This document shows, one piece after another, positions 16,766 to 26,437 of a stretch of 34,178 bases of DNA (position 1 is its first letter; the number at the start of each line of letters is the position of its first letter). Source of the stretch: a virus. Taxonomy: Duplodnaviria > Heunggongvirae > Uroviricota > Caudoviricetes. The position numbers and the translations under genes are program-made. The notes below the pieces were generated by a model. The model worked only from the letters and a program-made list of their open reading frames with translations. It made no database searches and was not told where the DNA came from. The DNA is taken from the IMG/VR virus record IMGVR_UViG_2526164599_000011. One strand, written 5' to 3'.

Positions 16766-17191
16766 ATGAAGAAATTATCCCTTTCACTGATGCTGAACGT
16801 GTCGCTGGCGCTGATGCTGGCACTGTCCCTGATTTACCCGCAGAGCGTGGCCGTCAGTTTTGTCGCCACCTGGGCGATTCTGGCGACGGTTATCTGTGTG
16901 GTTGCCGGTGGTGTCGGCGTGTATGCCACGGAGTATGTGCTGGAACGCTACGGGCGGGAGCTGCCGCCGGAATCGCTGGCCGTGAAGATTGTCACGTCGC
17001 TGTTTTTGCAGCCGGTGCCGTGGCGCAGACGGGCGGCGGCTCTGGTGGTGATGGTGGCGACGTTTATCTCGCTGGTCGCTGCCGGGTGGATTTTTACCGC
17101 GCTGATTTATCTCGTGGCGTCGCTGTTTTTCCGGTTGATGCATACGGCCTGCCGCCAGCGTCTTGAGGGGCGGAAACCATGTCAAGGCTGA
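16766..17191 (+). CDS. lysA: LysA, membrane lysis-timing protein
   Basis: 141 aa (P2 LysA 141 aa), strongly hydrophobic with multiple predicted TM segments. Confidence 0.8.
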   Translation: MKKLSLSLMLNVSLALMLALSLIYPQSVAVSFVATWAILATVICVVAGGVGVYATEYVLERYGRELPPESLAVKIVTSLFLQPVPWRRRAAALVVMVATFISLVAAGWIFTALIYLVASLFFRLMHTACRQRLEGRKPCQG

Positions 17192-17622
17192 TGACTGTGC
17201 TGATTGTGTTGTTATCGCTGGCGGTGGCCGGTCTGTTTCTGGTGAAACACAAAAATGCCAGCCTGCGCGCCTCGCTGGACAGGGCGAACAATGTCGCCAG
17301 TGGGCAGCAGACGACCATCACCATGCTGAAAAATCAGCTTCATGTTGCACTCACCAGGGCAGACAAAAACGAGCTGGCGCAGGTGGCACTGCGTCAGGAA
17401 CTGGAGAACGCCGCGAAGCGTGAAGCACAGCGCGAGAAAACCATCACGAGGTTACTCAATGAAAACGAAGATTTTCGCCGCTGGTACGGTGCTGACCTGC
17501 CTGATGCTGTGCGCCGGTTGCACCAGCGCCCCGCCTGCACCGACGCCAGTGATTGTCCACAACGCCTGCCCGAAAGTGAGTCTTTGCCCGATGCCGGGCA
17601 GCGACCCGCAGACGAACGGTGA
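17179..17622 (+). CDS. lysB: LysB, Rz-like inner-membrane spanin
   Basis: 147 aa with N-terminal TM segment (LMTVLIVLLSLAVAGLFLV) and a coiled-coil-like periplasmic part; downstream of lysA. Confidence 0.8.
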   Translation: MSRLMTVLIVLLSLAVAGLFLVKHKNASLRASLDRANNVASGQQTTITMLKNQLHVALTRADKNELAQVALRQELENAAKREAQREKTITRLLNENEDFRRWYGADLPDAVRRLHQRPACTDASDCPQRLPESESLPDAGQRPADER

Positions 17623-17749
17623 TTTAAGTGCCGATATCCGGCAGCTTGAGAACGCGCTGGCGCGCTGTGCCAGCCAGGTAAAAATGATTAAACACTGTCA
17701 GGACGAAAACGATGCTCAAACCCGACAGCCTGCGCAGGGCGCTGACTGA
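17459..17749 (+). CDS. lysC: LysC, Rz1-like outer-membrane lipoprotein spanin, overlapping lysB in another frame
   Basis: ATG at 17459 inside lysB in a different frame; lipoprotein signal with lipobox (LTCLMLCAGC) followed by a proline-rich segment (PPAPTP); extends into the start of R. Confidence 0.7.
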   Translation: MKTKIFAAGTVLTCLMLCAGCTSAPPAPTPVIVHNACPKVSLCPMPGSDPQTNGDLSADIRQLENALARCASQVKMIKHCQDENDAQTRQPAQGAD

Positions 17750-18179
17750 TGCCGTCACGGTGCTGAAAACTAACCCCGATATGCTGCGGATATTCGTGGA
17801 TAACGGGAGTATTGCCTCCACACTGGCGGCGTCGCTGTCATTCGAAAAGCGTTACACGCTCAATGTGATTGTGACCGACTTTACCGGTGATTTTGACCTG
17901 CTCATTGTGCCGGTGCTGGCGTGGCTGCGGGAAAATCAGCCCGACATCATGACCACCGACGAAGGCCAGAAAAAGGGCTTCACGTTTTATGCAGACATCA
18001 ACAATGACAGCAGCTTTGATATCAGTATCAGCCTGATGCTGACCGAGCGCACGCTGGTCAGTGAGGTGGACGGCGCACTGCATGTGAAGAATATCCCGGA
18101 ACCCCCGCCGCCGGAGCCGGTCACCCGCCCGATGGAGCTTTATATCAATGGCGAACTGGTGAGTAAGTGGGATGAATGA
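17712..18179 (+). CDS. R: Tail completion protein R
   Basis: 155 aa (P2 gpR 155 aa); position after the lysis cassette. Confidence 0.85.
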   Translation: MLKPDSLRRALTDAVTVLKTNPDMLRIFVDNGSIASTLAASLSFEKRYTLNVIVTDFTGDFDLLIVPVLAWLRENQPDIMTTDEGQKKGFTFYADINNDSSFDISISLMLTERTLVSEVDGALHVKNIPEPPPPEPVTRPMELYINGELVSKWDE

Positions 18180-18624
18180 GTTTAAGCGTTTTGAAGACCG
18201 GCTGACCGGGCTGATTGAATCGCTGTCACCGTCAGGGCGTCGGCGACTGAGCGCCGAACTGGCGAAACGTCTGCGTCAGAGTCAGCAGCGTCGGGTGATG
18301 GCACAGAAAGCCCCGGACGGCACCCCCTACGCGCCACGTCAGCAGCAGAGCGCCAGAAAAAAGACCGGTCGCGTTAAGCGAAAAATGTTTGCGAAACTTA
18401 TCACCAGTCGTTTTTTGCATATCCGCGCCAGCCCGGAACAGGCATCAATGGAATTTTACGGCGGGAAGTCGCCGAAAATCGCCAGTGTGCATCAGTTCGG
18501 TCTGTCGGAAGAAACCCGGAAAGACGGTAAGAAAATTGATTATCCGGCGCGTCCTCTGCTCGGCTTTACCGGTGAGGATGTGCAGATGATTGAAGAGATT
18601 ATCCTGGCTCACCTCGACCGTTAG
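18172..18624 (+). CDS. S: Tail completion protein S
   Basis: 150 aa (P2 gpS 150 aa); start overlaps the end of R. Confidence 0.85.
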   Translation: MNEFKRFEDRLTGLIESLSPSGRRRLSAELAKRLRQSQQRRVMAQKAPDGTPYAPRQQQSARKKTGRVKRKMFAKLITSRFLHIRASPEQASMEFYGGKSPKIASVHQFGLSEETRKDGKKIDYPARPLLGFTGEDVQMIEEIILAHLDR

Positions 18625-18690
18625 TTGTGCCATTCCCGACACCTCATCGTCACATTGCCGCCGGTATGACCCGGCGGCATCCTTCCCGTT

Positions 18691-19326
18691 ATGAACACTC
18701 TCGCAAATATTCAGGAACTCGCGCGCGCACTGCGCAACATGATACGCACCGGCATTATCGTCGAAACCGACCTTAACGCCGGTCGCTGCCGTGTGCAGAC
18801 CGGCGGCATGTGCACCGACTGGCTTCAGTGGCTGACCCATCGCGCCGGACGTTCGCGCACGTGGTGGGCACCTTCCGAGGGGGAACAGGTGCTGATTCTG
18901 GCCGTGGGCGGTGAACTCGACACAGCGTTCGTTCTGCCGGGGATTTATTCCGGTGATAACCCCGCGCCGTCTGCGTCGGCGGATGCCCTGCATATCCGTT
19001 TCCCTGACGGGGCGGTGATTGAGTATGAACCCGAAACCAGTGCACTCACGGTAAGCGGAATTAAAACGGCCAGCGTGACGGCTTCTGATTCTGTTACTGC
19101 CACGGTGCCGGTGGTCATGGTGAAAGCGTCAACCCGCATCACCCTGGACACCCCGGAGGTGGTCTGCACCAACAGACTGATTACCGGCGCGCTGGAAGTG
19201 CAGAAGGGCGGGACGATGCGCGGCAACATTAAACATACCGGCGGTGAACTCTCATCAAACGGTAAGGTACTGCATACCCATAAACACCCCGGCGACAGCG
19301 GCGGCACAACCGGGAGTCCTCTATGA
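18691..19326 (+). CDS. V: Baseplate spike / assembly protein V
   Basis: 211 aa (P2 gpV 211 aa); first gene of the V-W-J-I-H-G block. Confidence 0.85.
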   Translation: MNTLANIQELARALRNMIRTGIIVETDLNAGRCRVQTGGMCTDWLQWLTHRAGRSRTWWAPSEGEQVLILAVGGELDTAFVLPGIYSGDNPAPSASADALHIRFPDGAVIEYEPETSALTVSGIKTASVTASDSVTATVPVVMVKASTRITLDTPEVVCTNRLITGALEVQKGGTMRGNIKHTGGELSSNGKVLHTHKHPGDSGGTTGSPL

Positions 19327-19670
19327 CAGCGCGTTATCTTGGAATGAATCGCAGTGATGGCCTGACTGTCACTGACCTTGAGCATATCAGCCAGAGTATC
19401 GGCGATATCCTGCGCACGCCGGTCGGCTCACGGGTGATGCGTCGTGATTACGGCTCATTGCTGGCGTCAATGATTGACCAGCCGCAGACCCCGGCGCTTG
19501 AGTTACAGATTAAGGTCGCCTGTTACATGGCGGTGCTGAAATGGGAACCCCGCGTCACCCTGTCATCCGTCACCACTGAGCGCAGTTTTGACGGGCGAAT
19601 GACAGTTACGTTAACCGGCCAGCACAACGACACCGGCCAGCAACTTTCGTTAACCATCCCTGTGAGTTGA
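19323..19670 (+). CDS. W: Baseplate wedge protein W (gp25/GPW family)
   Basis: 115 aa (P2 gpW 115 aa); start overlaps the V stop. Confidence 0.85.
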   Translation: MTARYLGMNRSDGLTVTDLEHISQSIGDILRTPVGSRVMRRDYGSLLASMIDQPQTPALELQIKVACYMAVLKWEPRVTLSSVTTERSFDGRMTVTLTGQHNDTGQQLSLTIPVS

Positions 19671-19674
19671 AACC

Positions 19675-20583
19675 ATGCCGATTATCGACCTGAACCAGCT
19701 ACCCGCACCGGATGTGGTCGAGGAGCTGGACTTTGAAACCATTCTTGCCGAACGCAAGGCGACACTGATTTCCCTTTACCCGGAAGACCAGCAGGAGGCG
19801 GTTGCCCGTACCCTGACGCTGGAATCCGAGCCTCTCGTCAAACTGCTGGAGGAAAATGCTTATCGTGAGCTTATCTGGCGTCAGCGTGTGAATGAGGCCG
19901 CACGGGCGGTAATGCTGGCCTGTGCCGCCGGTAATGACCTTGATGTGATTGGTGCCAATTACAACACCACACGCCTGATTATCACCCCGGCAGATGATTC
20001 GACCATCCCGCCGACACCGGCAGTGATGGAATCTGACACCGATTATCGGCTGCGTATTCAGCAGGCGTTTGAAGGTTTAAGCGTCGCCGGGTCGGTGGGT
20101 GCCTATCAGTATCATGGCCGCAGTGCCGACGGGCGTGTCGCGGATATCTCTGTCACCAGTCCGTCTCCGGCCTGCGTCACTATCTCTGTGCTGTCACGTG
20201 AAAATAACGGTGTCGCATCCGAAGACCTGCTGGCGGTGGTGCGTAACGCCCTTAATGGCGAGGACGTCAGGCCGGTGGCCGACCGCGTGACCGTGCAGTC
20301 TGCCGCCATCGTTGAATACCAGATAAACGCCACGCTTTACCTTTACCCTGGTCCCGAAAGCGAACCCATACGCGCTGCCGCCGTGAAAAAACTGGAAGCG
20401 TATATCACGGCACAGCACCGGCTGGGGCGCGATATCCGACTGTCTGCCATTTATGCCGCTTTGCATGTGGAAGGCGTGCAGCGTGTCGAACTGGCTGCAC
20501 CGCTGGCCGATATCGTGCTTAACAGCACGCAGGCGTCTTTCTGTACCGAATACCGCGTCGTGACCGGAGGCTCGGATGAGTGA
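19675..20583 (+). CDS. J: Baseplate assembly protein J
   Basis: 302 aa (P2 gpJ 302 aa). Confidence 0.85.
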   Translation: MPIIDLNQLPAPDVVEELDFETILAERKATLISLYPEDQQEAVARTLTLESEPLVKLLEENAYRELIWRQRVNEAARAVMLACAAGNDLDVIGANYNTTRLIITPADDSTIPPTPAVMESDTDYRLRIQQAFEGLSVAGSVGAYQYHGRSADGRVADISVTSPSPACVTISVLSRENNGVASEDLLAVVRNALNGEDVRPVADRVTVQSAAIVEYQINATLYLYPGPESEPIRAAAVKKLEAYITAQHRLGRDIRLSAIYAALHVEGVQRVELAAPLADIVLNSTQASFCTEYRVVTGGSDE

Positions 20584-21106
20584 TTCGCGACTGCTGCCGA
20601 CCGGCTCATCACCGCTTGAAGTCGCCGCCGCAAAAGCCTGTGCGGAAATTGAAAAAACGCCGGTCAGGATTCGTGAGCTGTGGAACCCGGACACCTGCCC
20701 GGCAAATTTGCTGCCGTGGCTGGCGTGGGCGTTTTCGGTCGACAGATGGGATGAAAAGTGGCCGGAAGCGACAAAACGCGCCGTTATCCGCGATGCCTAT
20801 TTCATCCACTGTCATAAAGGCACTATCGGCGCAATCCGGCGTGTGGTGGAGCCGCTCGGCTATCTCATCAACGTGACGGAGTGGTGGGAAAACAGTGACC
20901 CGCCCGGCACCTTCCGGCTCGATATTGGTGTACTGGAAAGCGGTATCACAGAGGCAATGTATCAGGAAATGGAACGGCTGATTGCTGATGCCAAACCTGC
21001 AAGCCGTCACCTTATTGGTCTGAACATTACCCGGGACATTCCCGGCTACCTGTTCGCCGGTGGTGTGGCTTATGACGGCGATGTAATTACGGTTTACCCC
21101 GGATAA
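20576..21106 (+). CDS. I: Baseplate/tail protein I
   Basis: 176 aa (P2 gpI 176 aa); start overlaps the J stop. Confidence 0.85.
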   Translation: MSDSRLLPTGSSPLEVAAAKACAEIEKTPVRIRELWNPDTCPANLLPWLAWAFSVDRWDEKWPEATKRAVIRDAYFIHCHKGTIGAIRRVVEPLGYLINVTEWWENSDPPGTFRLDIGVLESGITEAMYQEMERLIADAKPASRHLIGLNITRDIPGYLFAGGVAYDGDVITVYPG

Positions 21107-22110
21107 GTGAGGAATAATGAGCACAAAATTCAGAACCGTTATCACCACTGCCGGTGCAGCAAAGCTGGCAGCGGCAACCGCGCCGGGAGGGCGGAAGGTC
21201 AACATTACCACGATGGCCGTCGGGGATGGCGGTGGTAAATTGCCTGTCCCGGATGCCGGACAGACCGGGCTTATCCACGAAGTCTGGCGACATGCGCTGA
21301 ACAAAATCAGCCAGGACAAACGAAACAGTAATTATATTATCGCAGAGCTGGTTATTCCGCCGGAGGTGGGCGGTTTCTGGATGCGTGAGCTTGGCCTGTA
21401 CGATGATGCGGGAACGTTAATTGCCGTGGCGAACATGGCCGAAAGTTATAAGCCAGCTCTTGCCGAAGGCTCAGGGCGTTCGCAGACCTGCCGCATGGTC
21501 ATCATCGTCAGCAGTGTGGCCTCAGTGGAGCTGACCATTGACACCACAACGGTGATGGCGACGCAGGATTACGTTGATGACAAAATTGCAGAGCACGAAC
21601 AGTCACGACGTCACCCGGACGCCTCGCTGACCGCAAAAGGTTTTACTCAGTTAAGCAGTGCGACCAACAGCATGTCTGAAATGCTTGCCGCAACGCCAAA
21701 AGCCGTTAAGACGGTAATGGATGAAACGAACAAGAAAGCGCCATTAAACAGCCCTGTACTGACCGGAACGCCAACGACGCCAACTGCGCGACAGGGAACG
21801 AATAATACTCAGATCGCAAACACGGCTTTCGTTATGGCCGCGATTGCCGCCCTTGTAGACTCGTCGCCTGACGCACTGAATACGCTGAACGAGCTGGCGG
21901 CGGCGCTGGGCAATGACCCGAATTTTGCTACCACCATGACTAATGCGCTTGCGGGTAAGCAACCGAAAGATGCTACCCTGACGGCGCTGGCGGGGCTTGC
22001 TACTGCGGCAGACAGGTTTCCGTATTTTACGGGGAATGATGTTGCCAGCCTGGCAACCCTGACAAAAGTCGGGCGGGATATTCTGGCTAAATCGACCGTT
22101 GCCGCCGTTA

Positions 22111-22115
22111 TCGAA
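22111..22115. repeat. Target-site duplication (TCGAA), left copy, flanking IS2
   Basis: TCGAA immediately 5' of the IS2 left terminus; identical 5-mer immediately 3' of the right terminus; IS2 makes 5-bp duplications. Confidence 0.8.
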
Positions 22116-22206
22116 TAGACTGGCCCCCTGAATCTCCAGACAACCAATATCACTTAAATAAGTGATAGTCTTAATACTAGTTTTTAGACTAGTCATTGGA
22201 GAGCAG

Positions 22207-22572
22207 ATGATTGATGTCTTAGGACCGGAGAAACGCAGACGGCGTACTACACAGGAAAAGATCGCTATTGTTCAGCAGAGTTTTGAACCGGGAATGACGG
22301 TCTCCCTTGTTGCCCGGCAACACGGTGTGGCAGCCAGCCAGTTATTTCTCTGGCGCAAGCAATACCAGGAGGGAAGTCTTACTGCTGTGGCCGCAGGAGA
22401 GCAGGTCGTTCCTGCCTCTGAACTTGCTGCTGCCATGAAGCAGATTAAAGAACTCCAGCGCCTGCTCGGCAAAAAAACGATGGAAAATGAACTCCTTAAA
22501 GAAGCCGTTGAATACGGGCGTGCAAAAAAGTGGATAGCGCACGCGCCCTTATTGCCCGGGGATGGGGAGTAA
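22207..22572 (+). CDS. insC: IS2 transposase OrfA (InsC, HTH DNA-binding component)
   Basis: 121 aa from ATG 22207; sequence [52 protein letters not shown] is recognisable as IS2 InsC. Confidence 0.9.
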
Positions 22573-23435
22573 GCTTAGTCAGCCGTTGTCTCCGGGTGTC
22601 GCGTGCGCAGTTGCACGTAATTCTCAGACGAACCGATGACTGGAAAGATGGTCGCCGCAGCCGTCACTCAGATGATACGGATGTGCTTCTCCGTATACAC
22701 CATGTTATCGGAGAGCTGCCCACGTATGGTTATCGTCGGGTATGGGCGCTGCTTCGCAGACAGGCCGAACTTGATGGTATGCCTGCGATCAATGCCAAAC
22801 GTGTTTACCGGATCATGCGCCAGAATGCGCTGTTGCTTGAGCGAAAAACCGCTGTACCGCCATCGAAACGGGCACATACTGGCAAAGTGGCCGTGAAAGA
22901 AAGCAATCAACGATGGTGCTCTGACGGGTTCGAGTTCCGCTGTGATAACGGAGAAAAACTGCGAGTCACGTTCGCGCTGGACTGCTGTGACCGTGAGGCA
23001 CTGCACTGGGCAGTCACTACGGGCGGCTTCGACAGTGAAACAGTACAGGACGTAATGCTGGGAGCGGTGGAACGCCGCTTCGGCAACGAGCTTCCGGCGT
23101 CTCCAGTAGAGTGGCTGACGGATAATGGTTCATGCTACCGGGCTAATGAAACACGGCAGTTTGCCCGGATGTTGGGGCTTGAACCGAAGAACACGGCGGT
23201 GCGGAGTCCGGAGAGTAACGGCATAGCAGAGAGCTTCGTGAAAACGATAAAGCGTGACTACATCAGTATCATGCCTAAACCAGACGGGTTAACGGCAGCA
23301 AAGAACCTTGCAGAGGCGTTCGAGCATTATAACGAATGGCATCCGCATAGTGCACTGGGTTATCGCTCGCCACGGGAATATCTGCGGCAGCAGGCCAGTA
23401 ATGGGTTAAGTGATAACAGGTGTCTGGAAATATAG
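22530..23435 (+). CDS. insD: IS2 transposase OrfB (InsD, DDE catalytic domain), normally expressed as an OrfAB fusion by -1 frameshift
   Basis: 301-aa ORF with DDE-type integrase-core sequence (WCSDGFEF...DNGSCY...ESNGIAESF); A AAA AAG slippery heptamer at 22524-22530 in the overlap with insC. Confidence 0.9.
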
Positions 23436-23446
23436 GGGCAAATCCA

Positions 23447-23451
23447 TCGAA
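23447..23451. repeat. Target-site duplication (TCGAA), right copy, flanking IS2
   Basis: Identical to the 5-mer at 22111-22115, directly abutting the IS2 right terminus. Confidence 0.8.
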
Positions 23452-24475
23452 TATCTCGGTTTACAGGAAACGGTAAACCGAGCCGGGAACGCCGTGCAAA
23501 AAAATGGCGATACCTTGTCCGGTGGACTTACTTTTGAAAACGACTCAATCCTTGCCTGGATTCGAAATACTGACTGGGCGAAGATTGGATTTAAAAATGA
23601 TGCCGATGGTGACACTGATTCATTCATGTGGTTTGAAACGGGGGATAACGGCAATGAATATTTCAAATGGAGAAGCCGCCAGAGTACTACAACAAAAGAC
23701 CTGATGAATCTTAAATGGGATGCTTTGTATGTTCTTGTCAATGCCATTGTAAATGGCGAAGTCATATCAAAATCAGCAAACGGCCTACGTATTGCTTATG
23801 GTAATTACGGATTCTTTATTCGTAATGATGGTTCAAATACATACTTCATGTTGACAAACTCCGGTGACAACATGGGGACTTATAACGGATTAAGGCCATT
23901 ATGGATTAATAACGCTACTGGCGCTGTTTCGATGGGGCGTGGCCTTAATGTTTCAGGGGAGACGCTTTCAGACCGTTTTGCTATTAACAGCAGTAATGGT
24001 ATGTGGATTCAGATGCGCGATAACAACGCTATCTTTGGGAAAAATATAGTTAACACTGATAGCGCTCAGGCGTTGCTTCGCCAGAATCACGCTGACCGCA
24101 AGTTCATGATAGGTGGACTGGGGAACAAGCAATTTGGCATCTACATGATTAATAACTCAAGGACAGCCAATGGCACCGATGGTCAGGCGTACATGGATAA
24201 TAACGGTAACTGGCTTTGTGGCTCGCAAGTTATTCCCGGCAACTATGGCAATTTTGATTCCAGATATGTGAAAGATGTTCGACTTGGTTCACAGCAATAT
24301 TATGGAGTTAACAACTGGCAAACATGGAATTTCCAGTGCCCGTCAGGTCATGTATTGTCTGGTATTAATGTTCAGGATACAGGGTCCAACTCTGCCGATA
24401 ATATAGCGGGCGTTTATTACAGACCCGTTCAAAAGTATATAAATGGCACCTGGTATAATGTAGCGAGCGTTTAAT

Positions 24476-25003
24476 ATGATGCACTTAAAGAACATAAAAG
24501 CGGGTAACGCTAAAACACTGGAACAGTATGAGTTAACAAAGAAACACGGAGTTATCTGGCTTTACTCTGAGGACGGAAAAAACTGGTATGAGGAAGTGAA
24601 GAACTTTCAGCCAGACACAATAAAGATTGTTTACGATGAAAATAATATTATTGTCGCTATCACCAGAGATGCTTCAACGCTTAATCCTGAAGGTTTTAGC
24701 GTTGTTGAGGTTCCTGATATTACCTCCAACCGACGTGCTGACGACTCAGGTAAATGGATGTTTAAGGATGGTGCTGTGGTTAAACGGATTTATACGGCAG
24801 ATGAACAGCAACAACAGGCAGAATCACAAAAGGCAGCGTTACTTTCCGAAGCGGAAAGCGTTATTCAGCCACTGGAACGCGCTGTCAGGCTGAATATGGC
24901 GACGGATGAGGAACGTGCACGACTGGAGTCATGGGAACGCTACAGCGTTCTGGTCAGCCGTGTGGATCCTGCAAATCCTGAATGGCCGGAAATGCCGCAA
25001 TAA
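24476..25003 (+). CDS. G: Tail fibre assembly chaperone (P2 gpG-like)
   Basis: 175 aa (P2 gpG 175 aa); immediately downstream of H. Confidence 0.85.
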   Translation: MMHLKNIKAGNAKTLEQYELTKKHGVIWLYSEDGKNWYEEVKNFQPDTIKIVYDENNIIVAITRDASTLNPEGFSVVEVPDITSNRRADDSGKWMFKDGAVVKRIYTADEQQQQAESQKAALLSEAESVIQPLERAVRLNMATDEERARLESWERYSVLVSRVDPANPEWPEMPQ

Positions 25004-25218
25004 GTTGTATGAGCTCTAGTGTGGGCTTACATATCTATGGCACAGAGTAAAGCCTAATCTGACAGTCCACTCTGTGCCAGAGGTGGGCATTGCTGATGTC
25101 ATAAAATATTATGCCAGCAGCCGTCTTAGGGGAGTGTTTACATTTCAATGATCGGGTATGATCTCGGCATGTTAATGGTTTATTACTAAATGCTTGCGCC
25201 TATCTTTATGGAGGAGTA

Positions 25219-26118
25219 ATGAGTGGTATTCGTATAACTCAGGCTATTGATAACAATCAGATTTTAGTCAATGTAAATACTTTTAATTATAGTGTTAATC
25301 CCTATCCACTCAAATGTCCTGACCCAAATTGCTCTGCTCATTTGGTGTATGTCAAAAGCCATATTCGTCGGAGTTTTAATAAAACCTTGCATATCCCCGC
25401 CTTCTTTAGACTGGAAAAAAATTTCACGCATGACAAATTATGTCAGTATGGAACTTCAGGATTGAATACAATTTATGCAAGTGATTCCAGTCATGATATC
25501 AGCCGTGCGCTTGCCACAGGTAATAATATATTCCGTATACATATACTCGATGAAGATGATATCTCTAAATTAAGCAGAAAAGCTGCAGCTATGCAGGCAA
25601 ATCCACCTTCTGATACTACAGACCGCGTTTATGTCAAGAGAGGTCGGAAAGCCCCCTATGTGAAGAACATGGATAGCTTACGGGAGATCTATGAATATGG
25701 AAAAGCTCACCCCAACAAGAGAAACAGCATAAAAATTGTTACTGGAACAAGTACTGTAACGTGGTCTGATTTTTTCTATGAAACAACGCAGTTAGAACGA
25801 TTGTCAACTTACCTCCAGAAAGTAAAAATAGCTCAGGTTGCTGTAATTATGAAAGTGCATGTGGCGAGAATCCCTATGGCGAAATTTAATTATCGACACT
25901 TCATTGAAGGTTCGCCAATGAGGATAAAAGGGGGCTTTAATATATATCCTACGATTCAATTAGGAAATGTTACTCCAAAATTATTTCCGTTGAGTAGCAT
26001 TGTCATGGTACTCGGTAAATTTACTATTCCAACAAATAGAAAAATGATAATGGATCCAACATTTGAGCGTGAAGTCAGAACCATAGTTTCTAGTGAAGAG
26101 CAAGTGCTAATTCTTTGA
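25219..26118 (+). CDS. Hypothetical 299-aa protein, family not recognised; AT-rich cargo gene at the P2 Z/fun position
   Basis: ATG at 25219 with strong SD GGAGG; 299 aa; much more AT-rich than the flanking tail genes, with AT-rich non-coding DNA on both sides (25004-25218 and 26119-26437). Contains CPDPNCSAH near the N-terminus; no family assigned by eye. Confidence 0.7.
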   Translation: MSGIRITQAIDNNQILVNVNTFNYSVNPYPLKCPDPNCSAHLVYVKSHIRRSFNKTLHIPAFFRLEKNFTHDKLCQYGTSGLNTIYASDSSHDISRALATGNNIFRIHILDEDDISKLSRKAAAMQANPPSDTTDRVYVKRGRKAPYVKNMDSLREIYEYGKAHPNKRNSIKIVTGTSTVTWSDFFYETTQLERLSTYLQKVKIAQVAVIMKVHVARIPMAKFNYRHFIEGSPMRIKGGFNIYPTIQLGNVTPKLFPLSSIVMVLGKFTIPTNRKMIMDPTFEREVRTIVSSEEQVLIL

Positions 26119-26312
26119 AATCAAGAGGATTTGGCTCGGATGATTATGTGCGGCTTATAACCATAACGTAATGAGCGGATTTTTCTACTGCTTTTTATCA
26201 TTTTGGTTAACTAAAACTAATCTCTGCTCCTCGCTCAAAGCAGACTGTCAGATTTGATAGCGTTTTGGCTATGTAAATTGTCAGTCGGAAAATGAGTGAG
26301 TACAAATCAGGA

Positions 26313-26342
26313 CAGGCGGGCGAATTGCCTGCCTTTTCTTTA
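26313..26342 (+). terminator. Putative rho-independent terminator downstream of the 299-aa cargo gene
   Basis: Short GC stem (CAGGC...GCCTG, about 26313-26332) followed by TTTTCTTT. Confidence 0.4.
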
Positions 26343-26437
26343 TCTGTTGTTTCATCCACTGACCAGCCAGGTCAAATAGCGTCTCATGCTCTGCACAACA
26401 GAAAATAGTTGCACCCATTAACCACGGAGTTAAACGG

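Larger units (their letters stand above)
22116..23446 (+). mobile_element. IS2 (IS3 family) insertion sequence, complete, 1331 bp
   Basis: Left end TAGACTGGCCCCCTGAATCTCCAGACAACCAATATCACTTAAATAAGTGATAG... and right end ...TGATAACAGGTGTCTGGAAATATAGGGGCAAATCCA match the IS2 termini as I recall them; carries insC and insD with an A6G slippery site; length 1331 bp as expected for IS2. Confidence 0.9.
21117..24474 (+). pseudogene. H: Tail fibre gene H interrupted by IS2: N-terminal fragment 21117-22115 (stop TAG supplied by the IS end) and C-terminal fragment from 23447 to 24474 in a different frame
   Basis: N-terminal 333 codons end ...AAVIE with TAG at 22116-22118 (first bases of IS2). Downstream of IS2 the reading continues (I)EYLGLQETVNRAGNAVQKNGDTLSGGL... 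to 24474. Removing IS2 plus one copy of the 5-bp duplication restores a single ORF of about 670 codons (P2 gpH 669 aa). Confidence 0.85.

Noticed and set aside
26171-26257. 28-codon hydrophobic small ORF (MSGFFYCFLSFWLTKTNLCSSLKADCQI) in the spacer after the 299-aa cargo gene
   Set aside because: No recognisable ribosome-binding site, very short, and in AT-rich DNA where such ORFs arise by chance. A small membrane peptide cannot be excluded, but there is no positive evidence.
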